The notes under the pieces: model-generated | What the model saw: the letters and a program-made list of their open reading frames with translations, nothing else | Databases searched by the model: none | What the model was told of the DNA's origin: nothing | Program-made: the position numbers and the translations under genes | Shown here: positions 7,149 through 14,020 of the stretch, in pieces | Position numbering within the stretch: the first letter of the stretch is position 1 | Layout: each line of letters starts with the position of its first letter | Source: a virus | UHGV virus genome: UHGV-0088365 | Length of the DNA stretch: 16,601 nt | Reading direction: 5' to 3' (one strand)

Positions 7149-7341
7149 GTCATTCACTCCGTTTAATTTTTAATCTAATGCCAGCAAATGAAGCTGGCCC
7201 CCGCATAAAGATTAATGAAAGTCACTTGTCACCAGTGAGGGGATTTATGAACCACATCCCCCTGAACTGGTGGCCTGTCTGTTTCTCGCATTTCACACCC
7301 TGCATACAGTTTCCCCCAGGTTATGACTGAGAGGCTTTGTT

Positions 7342-7671
7342 ATGGGCTATAGCAGACTCGACGATAGGTACATTGAAGACGATATTTTTCGTGCGCTGTT
7401 TCACCAGGAAATGATTAAGAGGGTATCGGAGTATCACTCTGATAATTTCCAGTACACGATAAAGATTGATGAAGTATATCGTTCAGACCTTGCAGCCTAC
7501 AGGGCGTATGGCAATGCAGATTTGCGCTGGGTATTCCGGGTGCTGGTGGGCCATGAGTCAGAAATGGAAGAAATGCCCGCAGGGACCACGTTAACTCTTC
7601 CTGATGTGGCATGGCTGAGGAACAAGATCCGTGATTACGCAAGCGCGGAACCGGAGATAGAAAATGCCTGA
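7342..7671 (+). CDS. Hypothetical protein, 109 aa, with weak resemblance to the LysM-like phage tail protein X family
   Basis: ORF-track ORF; its stop overlaps the next start by 8 nt. The segment YGNADLRWVFRVLVGHESEMEEMPAGTTLTLPDV loosely resembles the P2 gpX pattern (...YG...V..VL..N.G......LP.GT.v.LPDV) as I recall it; weak. Confidence 0.6.
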   Translation: MGYSRLDDRYIEDDIFRALFHQEMIKRVSEYHSDNFQYTIKIDEVYRSDLAAYRAYGNADLRWVFRVLVGHESEMEEMPAGTTLTLPDVAWLRNKIRDYASAEPEIENA

Positions 7672-8857
7672 TTTCCTGAAAAACCAGGATGGGCGCTATA
7701 TCACTGACGGCCTGTCCTCTAAGGACTTCACGCGTTTATTCGACCTTATCAGGAAAGAACAAACCCGTAAGCGCCGACAAGCTCACCGGACGCTGACGCC
7801 AGGTAGACTGAGGAACAAATCCGCCGAAGATATTCTCAAGTTAGGGAAGAAAAAAGGCGGCACGTTCTTCACGCGAGACGACCTGAAAGGTTTCGAAAAG
7901 CTACGGAGTAAAACGCGCGAAAAATATGACAGCAAGACGGCTGGCATCACATACGCCCAGCTGGTGGCATCCAGCCAGGCAATCGATATTAAGCGTGCAA
8001 ATAACGCCGTGGATGACGGATCTGGTATCAAAAGAGCTACACCCGTATCTCTTCGCCACAATGTGATTAATATCCGCGTAGAAGCATCGGATATATCCGT
8101 CCACCAGCACCATATCGTCCGGATACGCTTTGAAGAATGGGATCAGATGGTTGATGACATCGCAGAAGACGATAAATCAGCTCTCAAAATCACTAAATCA
8201 CTGTGCGCCGGGCGAGTGTCTTTCGATTGTGACTGTGGTCGTCATCAATACTGGTATCGTTACATCGCCACTGCGGGTAACTTTGCCCTGGCACCGCCAA
8301 AAGAATACGCCTATCCAAAAGTTCGCAACCCGAAGCTGCAAGGCGTCGCCTGTAAACACGTGATCCACTCAATGACGCGGTTACAGTCCGCCAGTTGGCA
8401 AATGAGTATTGCTCGTGCGCTACAAAAGGCTGCAACGCAAATTGCATTTGGTGACGATCGCCGCCGTACAACCAAACACTTCTCAAAAGAAGACGAGAAG
8501 GAGTTTAATCGCAATCGTAGCAGTAAAACGAACGTTGAAGCCGCCAAACGCGAATGGAGGCTCTATCAGAAGCGCCAGGCAGCTTTAAGTACAAAACTGG
8601 CAAAGGACAACGGCAAGATCGACAAACTACGTGACCAATTGACCAAGGCCAGAAAGTTGTCAGATGCACAGAAAAAACGGGCGGCAGCAAAAGAAGCGGC
8701 CTTGCAACGTGAGAAACAGAAAAACAAGGAGCTTCAGCAACGCCTTGCCGATCAGTTCGCACTGAAGAAGCAGGCGTTCATTGATGCGCTTGTCATGGCT
8801 GGAACACCACCAGCACAAGCTGAAAAAATGTTCATGGAGTATGTAAAAAAAGCATAA
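7664..8857 (+). CDS. Basic protein with SWIM-type zinc finger (CxC...CxH) and long C-terminal K/R/Q/A-rich coiled coil, 397 aa
   Basis: ORF-track ORF. FDCDCGRHQYWY...(about 40 aa)...GVACKHVIHS fits the SWIM CxCxnCxH signature; residues about 280-397 are predicted coiled coil (e.g. KRAAAKEAALQREKQKNKELQQRLADQFALKK). Confidence 0.75.
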   Translation: MPDFLKNQDGRYITDGLSSKDFTRLFDLIRKEQTRKRRQAHRTLTPGRLRNKSAEDILKLGKKKGGTFFTRDDLKGFEKLRSKTREKYDSKTAGITYAQLVASSQAIDIKRANNAVDDGSGIKRATPVSLRHNVINIRVEASDISVHQHHIVRIRFEEWDQMVDDIAEDDKSALKITKSLCAGRVSFDCDCGRHQYWYRYIATAGNFALAPPKEYAYPKVRNPKLQGVACKHVIHSMTRLQSASWQMSIARALQKAATQIAFGDDRRRTTKHFSKEDEKEFNRNRSSKTNVEAAKREWRLYQKRQAALSTKLAKDNGKIDKLRDQLTKARKLSDAQKKRAAAKEAALQREKQKNKELQQRLADQFALKKQAFIDALVMAGTPPAQAEKMFMEYVKKA

Positions 8858-8866
8858 ACCACACAT

Positions 8867-8900
8867 AGCCTAGTAGTTTATGCTGGGCTTTCATTTTTTT
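8867..8900 (+). terminator. Intrinsic terminator after the SWIM-protein gene
   Basis: Stem AGCCTAG / CTGGGCT (7 bp with one G-U pair), 9-nt loop, followed by TTCATTTTTTT. The stop of the convergent minus-strand gene (8891) lies inside the T-run. Confidence 0.5.
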
Positions 8901-9619
8901 GAAAGATCAATTCCAGTATTATCAAACAAACTGGAAATATCAGACACCAATTTATTAAAATGCTTGTCATCATTATAGAATGATGTGCTTTTTATAGCGA
9001 CTATAAAATCACATAAATCTTGCGGAGATTCAATGCTAACCCCCTTATTTTTATATAGTTCAATAATACTGCCAACATCAGTATGCAATAGTTTTATCGC
9101 GCCACAAATTTCTCGCTGTTTCGTAACCAAGTCATTAAGTTTATTTTCATTTTCATCTAAGATTTGTTTTGAATATTTAGCGTCATTGGTTGCTTGATTT
9201 AACTTTGTTTTCTTTCTTTGCAATTCTATTCTTTTATCATAATCAGCAACTTCATCTAAATATCTTATTTCAGTGTATAATTTACTTGTTAGCTTAGATA
9301 TCTTCAGTGTGAGAACAGGAGCTAACACAGATGCAAATACTCCATAAATAAATGGGATTACAACGTGATAAACCCACGGGGATACAATCCAATTATCAAT
9401 GAACGGGACATTACCACCAACAGAAACAATAGATAATGTATATAGGATGTCGTCCTTTGACTTTAATATAATTAAAATATCCTTCCAGTTAAAAATTAGA
9501 AAAGAAATGACAACATATGCAAAAACCTTGTTAAATATTTTATCTTTTATTATTTCAGAAAATGATTTTAGTTCTGTTTCATTTATAGACGGATTATCTT
9601 TAACTTTTTCTGACATCAT
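8891..9619 (-). CDS. AT-rich membrane protein (two predicted TM helices) with coiled-coil-rich C-terminal domain, 242 aa; candidate abortive-infection or exclusion-type effector
   Basis: ORF-track ORF; ATGATG start at 9619 with AGGA 7 nt upstream. Predicted TM segments FAYVVISFLIFNW and WVYHVVIPFIYGVFASVLAPVLTL; K/E/N-rich helical C-terminus. Markedly AT-rich. No family recognised. Confidence 0.75.
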   Translation of the reverse strand: MMSEKVKDNPSINETELKSFSEIIKDKIFNKVFAYVVISFLIFNWKDILIILKSKDDILYTLSIVSVGGNVPFIDNWIVSPWVYHVVIPFIYGVFASVLAPVLTLKISKLTSKLYTEIRYLDEVADYDKRIELQRKKTKLNQATNDAKYSKQILDENENKLNDLVTKQREICGAIKLLHTDVGSIIELYKNKGVSIESPQDLCDFIVAIKSTSFYNDDKHFNKLVSDISSLFDNTGIDLSKK

Positions 9620-9640
9620 AGCTTATCCTGATTACTTTTA

Positions 9641-9841
9641 TTATGGATAGTTAAAAGATTCAACAGGTGATGGTGGTTGAATTGGGTAATGTTTCTTCTC
9701 GTACTCCTCAATGAGAAGACTCATAACCTCAAAGAAATCACCTTCCGGAGTATTCATTTCCGGTTCGTTATCGAACATCGGTTCGACCGCACGCAGTGCG
9801 GCCTCATAATCTTGTTCTGTACGGATAGGTTTAATGTTCAT
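9641..9841 (-). CDS. Small protein resembling only the N-terminal (non-HTH) domain of YgjM/HigA-type antitoxins, 66 aa
   Basis: ORF-track ORF; MNIKPIRTEQDYEAALRAVEPMFDNEPEMNTPEGDFFEVMSLLIEEYEKKHYPI follows the pattern of the N-terminal domain of E. coli K-12 HigA (...NEEQYTQALELVDHLL.NDPENPLLDLV...ITAWEE...) as I recall it, but there is no HTH domain. No Shine-Dalgarno sequence is evident. Confidence 0.5.
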   Translation of the reverse strand: MNIKPIRTEQDYEAALRAVEPMFDNEPEMNTPEGDFFEVMSLLIEEYEKKHYPIQPPSPVESFNYP

Positions 9842-9854
9842 TAATTACAAAGGA

Positions 9855-9885
9855 AAGCCCACTTGCTAAGTGGGCTTTTTGTATG
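9855..9885. terminator. Hairpin AAAGCCCACTT-gct-AAGTGGGCTTT followed by TTGTATGTGTTTT; terminator, strongest in the plus orientation
   Basis: Perfect 11-bp stem with 3-nt loop between the higA stop (9898) and the 66-aa ORF start (9841). The T-run is on the plus strand; the minus orientation has only TTTCCTTT. Confidence 0.5.
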
Positions 9886-9897
9886 TGTTTTACTATA

Positions 9898-10236
9898 TCA
9901 GGCTGCTTTTTTATTCAGGTTCCGCTGAGAAATAAATTTTTCAGCAGTATTGATACGACTTAACTCTTCCTGAACGCGCATATCATTTTCGACTTCCCAC
10001 AGATCTACTGCGGTCTGAAGATTAATCCAAAAATCTACAGAAGTATCGAATGCTTTTGCCAGGCGATATGCCATATCCATCGTTAGCTTACGATTGTTAT
10101 TAACAAGAGCACTTACGGTGTTACGATGAACATGAAGTATTTCTGCTAACTCGTTGATCTTCAGCTCTAACGGCTCCAGGTATTCGTACAGCAGGATATC
10201 ACCTACGGTCGTCGGTTTTCTGGTTGCCTGTTTCAT
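9898..10236 (-). CDS. higA: HigA-family antitoxin (XRE-type HTH), 112 aa
   Basis: ORF-track ORF; PTTVGDILLYEYLEPLELKINELAEILHVHRNTVSALVNNNRKLTMDMAYRLAKAFDTSVDFWINLQTAVDLW matches the HigA/VapI HTH antitoxin pattern; it lies downstream of a HigB-like toxin gene (toxin-first order typical of higBA). Confidence 0.8.
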   Translation of the reverse strand: MKQATRKPTTVGDILLYEYLEPLELKINELAEILHVHRNTVSALVNNNRKLTMDMAYRLAKAFDTSVDFWINLQTAVDLWEVENDMRVQEELSRINTAEKFISQRNLNKKAA

Positions 10237-10306
10237 TTTTTGCCCTTACTAGCGTGCGTATTAAGTGGACTCTGGTCAGAACCCGGTCCGTAACCGGGTA
10301 TCTGTT

Positions 10307-10609
10307 TTAGTATTTGTGAGGGTCGAGATACAAGTCCTCGGCCTTTCCGTTAACCCACTTAAAAATTAACCTATATTGCTTATTCACCCTTACTGATGAA
10401 TAGCCATTTAGCTTCCCTGACAGTTCCTCATACCGATTACCTGGTGGTGATCTTAAATCCTTACAGGTAGTTGCGGCATTGATAATGTCCAACTTCCGTG
10501 ACAATGTCATATGAATATCAGGAGGTATCTTTCTATGTGGTGTTGAAAATTCAAAAAAATCATCAAGCCACGCATCCCTGAAATCCTTTATGTTAATTTT
10601 TTTGGTCAT
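10307..10609 (-). CDS. higB: HigB-like toxin (plasmid-maintenance killer protein, RelE/ParE superfamily), 100 aa
   Basis: ORF-track ORF; C-terminal half GNRYEELSGKLNGYSSVRVNKQYRLIFKWVNGKAEDLYLDPHKY follows the HigB pattern (...G.R.G.YS.RVN..YRL.F...NG.A..L...DYH) as I recall it; upstream GGAGGA. Confidence 0.8.
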   Translation of the reverse strand: MTKKINIKDFRDAWLDDFFEFSTPHRKIPPDIHMTLSRKLDIINAATTCKDLRSPPGNRYEELSGKLNGYSSVRVNKQYRLIFKWVNGKAEDLYLDPHKY

Positions 10610-10654
10610 TAGTCATTTGATCCTCCGTGATGATTACCGAATGCCATAACTATA

Positions 10655-10682
10655 GCGCACCGTTGCACTGTGCGCAAGTGCA
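10655..10682. promoter_or_regulatory. Nested palindromes (GCGCAC...GTGCGC and TGCACT-N7-AGTGCA) in the divergent promoter region between higB and the rightward operon; putative operator
   Basis: Read directly in GCGCACCGTTGCACTGTGCGCAAGTGCA; toxin-antitoxin promoters are typically autoregulated through palindromic operators. Confidence 0.4.
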
Positions 10683-10771
10683 TTTTATGAATTCCCCCTC
10701 CTTCATCCAAAATCACAATCTCCAGAAAATCTTCCTTTCGATACCTGACAGATCGACCTTTGAGGATGCTT

Positions 10772-11563
10772 ATGGGCCGTTTTGACGAATGGTTTGCTGA
10801 CGATGCAAACCTGGCAAGTAAGGAGTCAGAACATGACAGCACGCAGAGAGAAACGCCAGCGCCGATTGAAGCGAATGCAGGAGGCGCGCCGGAACATGGC
10901 AATACCGGTTCGGATTCATTCAGCATTCTGGAAGAGCAACCCGCCGCCCAAGCTGATAGCCATGATAATTTTGCTGATAGCAACGGTGGCCTTACTCCGG
11001 ATGCTGGCGAATCAGATATAGCCATACTTCCATCTTCCCTGGCTGGCAGAGAACCGACTCCACAGTTAAAAGCACGCTATAACGGGCATAAAGCCTTTAA
11101 CGACCAAATCCGCGCAGACTGGATGCTGATTATTGAATCCAGCCCAGACGCGTTTCAGGCTCTCTTATATCGACCAGATGTTGGCACATATGGGGTAGTC
11201 AGCGACGAAACAGGAGAAGAGTCATTCACTGAACTGGATAACAACCAACGCGAACTGACTTACCAGGAACCTGAAATCGTTTATGTGCTGGATAACCCTG
11301 ACGGGCGTGACTCTTTCCATGCGATTGACGCAGACGGTGAGCAGGATGGCTTAACCGATGATGTTCTGATTCTGCGTATTGCAGCAAATAACGTCCCCGT
11401 CGGCTCAATTCTTGAATGGAATGAAGAGATGGTAAACGGCGTAGCGCGCCGCTGGTGGTACGTGCACCGTATTTTTAGCTACGGCACACAGCATGTTGGT
11501 TCGCTTTACTACTGCATACCTGCCAGGAATTTTGATACGACTCAAAACGGAGTGATCGAATGA
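10772..11563 (+). CDS. Hypothetical protein with acidic, low-complexity N-terminal half, 263 aa
   Basis: ORF-track ORF 10760..11563 trimmed to the ATG at 10772 (GAGGA 5 nt upstream); ATGA overlap with the next gene. No family recognised. Confidence 0.7.
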   Translation: MGRFDEWFADDANLASKESEHDSTQRETPAPIEANAGGAPEHGNTGSDSFSILEEQPAAQADSHDNFADSNGGLTPDAGESDIAILPSSLAGREPTPQLKARYNGHKAFNDQIRADWMLIIESSPDAFQALLYRPDVGTYGVVSDETGEESFTELDNNQRELTYQEPEIVYVLDNPDGRDSFHAIDADGEQDGLTDDVLILRIAANNVPVGSILEWNEEMVNGVARRWWYVHRIFSYGTQHVGSLYYCIPARNFDTTQNGVIE

Positions 11564-12327
11564 CTTCAAATAAAACCCTCCTGGCGCGAACAGGTGAATG
11601 GCAAACCTCACGCACAGGAAAATTCCAGACCACGGGCTTTGAAAACGTGGATAACGCGTTTGCGACGCTAATCAGCAACATTTTTTCTGATATCTTACTG
11701 GTGGCCCCCGCGCCGGAAGAAAAACGCTTTGCGTCATTCCTGAATCGTCCACCAGCAGAGCGTGTCTATGTGGCCCGTTTCGACAATGCGATCGAGTTTC
11801 TTAAAGCAGTTCGTCGCGCAAATGCCGGGCAAGGGAGAAAACCTGAAAACCAGAACATTAACCGGGATGCTCTCCCCCTGGTCAATATCTCACGCACTAT
11901 GGATATCAATTATATCAACGATGATCAGCAGATTGACCGCAAAAAAGTAGCCAGTTTTTGCGAACCGGATACCGGAATGCCTTTAGCAGAACTGGAATAC
12001 ACCCAGGCCATTCTGACGTATGACGTTACGTTAATGGCAACTGATAAAGCGACCATGAGTCTGATGTGTAATTCGCTGGGCGCACGGCTTCGCCTGATGA
12101 CAGGTACACAATTTGAAGCAACCACTCACCTTGTTCGTGTCCCGGTCCCGCTGATTTGCTCGATACAGGATGCCAAAGAAGTCGGCTTTACGGATGTTTC
12201 AGCACCAATTGGAGAAGAGCGTATTTATGCCACACAAGCGCCGATAAGTGTGATTGCAGACGTGATCACAGCATGGGAGTTGGACGCAAAACGTATTATT
12301 ACCGAAACCTCGATATCTATGGGGTGA
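11560..12327 (+). CDS. Hypothetical protein, 255 aa
   Basis: ORF-track ORF; ATG at 11560 with GGAG upstream; translationally coupled to both neighbours. No family recognised. Confidence 0.7.
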   Translation: MTSNKTLLARTGEWQTSRTGKFQTTGFENVDNAFATLISNIFSDILLVAPAPEEKRFASFLNRPPAERVYVARFDNAIEFLKAVRRANAGQGRKPENQNINRDALPLVNISRTMDINYINDDQQIDRKKVASFCEPDTGMPLAELEYTQAILTYDVTLMATDKATMSLMCNSLGARLRLMTGTQFEATTHLVRVPVPLICSIQDAKEVGFTDVSAPIGEERIYATQAPISVIADVITAWELDAKRIITETSISMG

Positions 12328-12330
12328 TAA

Positions 12331-13311
12331 GTGGCCCAGGAGTTACAACAATATTTTCTACAGTCAGTGCTCATTAACGATAACAAAGTGCCACGAGACT
12401 GGATTTTTACCGCAGTATATGTAGAAAAAACCAGCCTCAAAGCCCCTTTGCTAAAACTGGAAATTCATGACGCTACCGGCACCGTAATTGATGACTGGAA
12501 AGCCAAATACGGTGCATCGCTGGTGGCTGAAATGGGCGATCCAAACGGTAATGCAGGCACTTTTAAAACAGATTTCTTTGTTACGTCTGCAATGCTGGCT
12601 GGTGATGTTGTTACCGTTATTGCTGTCAGTGAAGACGTGCGCAGGTTTAAGATCCCCTCCCCGCGCACAAATTTACATACCAACAAAACACCAGACGCTA
12701 TATTCAAGGCATATTCCGGCAAACTTAAAATTACCAGCAGCGTGCTAAAACGCGCAGTTACATATCATCTGAATGCCGGTGACAAACCGTCAAAAATGCT
12801 TTCGGAGATAGCGCGAGACAAAGGTGCATTGTGTTGGGTATGTCGGGGGGAATTTAACTTTTATACCCTGGCTGATCTGATGAAGCAAACGCCATCATTT
12901 ACCTACGAGGGGAATAACCCTAAAGCAGAATACACTTTGTCCAAAATGCGCCTACTCCAACAGGAACATGCGACAACAGCAAAGAATCAATATCGTTTTG
13001 TTGGGTATTCCATGACCGATGGCTACGTCGAATATGGCGATAGCTCACTCCCAGTGCGTTATATATCCGACTCTGATATGGAAACTCTTCGCAATATGCA
13101 GCTGTCTCTCGTCCCCAAAATGGATATAGAAGTCGCAGGCAATCCTGATATAAAACCGGGGATGGTAATAGAGATTATCGTATACCGCTATGACCAGGAA
13201 AACCGCATTGATGAATCAATGCCCCGTAAGCTGATAGTAAAAAATGTTGCGCACTTTGAGGACCGAGTAGGCTACACAACACGAATGATATTGGGAGTGC
13301 CTAACAAATGA
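12331..13311 (+). CDS. Hypothetical protein, 326 aa (GTG start); possibly a baseplate-hub-like protein given its position before the spike-like gene
   Basis: ORF-track ORF; GTG start 3 nt after the upstream stop; ATGA overlap with the downstream spike-like gene. The hub assignment is from gene order only, not from recognised sequence motifs. Confidence 0.65.
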   Translation: MAQELQQYFLQSVLINDNKVPRDWIFTAVYVEKTSLKAPLLKLEIHDATGTVIDDWKAKYGASLVAEMGDPNGNAGTFKTDFFVTSAMLAGDVVTVIAVSEDVRRFKIPSPRTNLHTNKTPDAIFKAYSGKLKITSSVLKRAVTYHLNAGDKPSKMLSEIARDKGALCWVCRGEFNFYTLADLMKQTPSFTYEGNNPKAEYTLSKMRLLQQEHATTAKNQYRFVGYSMTDGYVEYGDSSLPVRYISDSDMETLRNMQLSLVPKMDIEVAGNPDIKPGMVIEIIVYRYDQENRIDESMPRKLIVKNVAHFEDRVGYTTRMILGVPNK

Positions 13312-13961
13312 AGCGTAGAGCACAAATTGTTGGAACTGTGCACCCAGCAGGGCTTATGCGTGCTCAAGTCCGTGTTTTACCTGACTGGAATGGCGTTCCT
13401 GATGACGATCTACCCTGGGCGGAATACCTGTTACCCATCGGGAACGCTTTTGTACCTACAGTCAAAGGTGACCTGGTCTGGGTAGAGTTTCCTTATTTAG
13501 ATGTTAACGGTCGAATAGACACCAGACGCCCAATGATAGTTGGCGCGGCTCAGGATGCGCCTGGCGGAGTTCCAAACGTCGCGCCGGAGGCGTCAGGCAA
13601 TGGTAGCGGCTGGACGCCGCCGGAAGTAGATGGAGCACCTCCCCGCCCCCAAATCTCAGCAACGAAAGACTTCGTTATTCACCGCAACAATATTCTTGAA
13701 GTACGAACTGCTGGTGGCGGCTATGAAATTGCCAATACGGCAGCAGGCTCAAGGATTGGCATGAATGAGTCCGGGCAGATATATATCATTGGTCCGGCTG
13801 ATGTAATCGTGAATGCAGGAGGGAGTGTTAACGTCAAATCAGCCAACAACATCAATGTTAATGGGGAAAATATTGCTGTCACCGCTAACGGGGACATAGC
13901 TTTCAAGGCAGGGGGAACCTTTCAGGCCACTGCTGGCAACTTCGATTTCAAGAAAGGATAG
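13308..13961 (+). CDS. Baseplate-spike-like protein (gpV/gp45-type N-terminal OB-fold pattern plus Gly-rich beta-helix-like C-terminus), 217 aa
   Basis: ORF-track ORF. N-terminus IVGTV...RAQVRV...LPWAEYL...GDLVWVEF resembles the Phage_base_V pattern (compared from memory with Mu gp45 and P2 gpV); C-terminus has short repeats GGSVNVKSANNINVNGENIAVTANGDIAFKAGGTF typical of spike beta-helices. Confidence 0.6.
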   Translation: MKRRAQIVGTVHPAGLMRAQVRVLPDWNGVPDDDLPWAEYLLPIGNAFVPTVKGDLVWVEFPYLDVNGRIDTRRPMIVGAAQDAPGGVPNVAPEASGNGSGWTPPEVDGAPPRPQISATKDFVIHRNNILEVRTAGGGYEIANTAAGSRIGMNESGQIYIIGPADVIVNAGGSVNVKSANNINVNGENIAVTANGDIAFKAGGTFQATAGNFDFKKG

Positions 13962-13972
13962 AAAATGCACCC

Positions 13973-14013
13973 ATTTGTGTTAGATAATTAACGCATATTT
14001 TCTAACACAAATG
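13973..14013. promoter_or_regulatory. 13-bp perfect inverted repeat CATTTGTGTTAGA-N15-TCTAACACAAATG directly upstream of rdgC; related to the 3409-3438 palindrome
   Basis: Read directly; arms at 13973-13985 and 14001-14013. It shares the core TGTTAGA / TCTAACA with the two sites at 3409-3438 and 4060-4069. No T-run follows, so it does not look like an intrinsic terminator. Confidence 0.55.
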
Positions 14014-14020
14014 GTGAGAA

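Noticed and set aside
10609-11025. Minus-strand ORF-track ORF (138 aa)
   Set aside because: Overlaps the start region of the plus-strand operon and the higB promoter region; Ala/Ser-rich translation typical of an antisense frame; GTG-type start.
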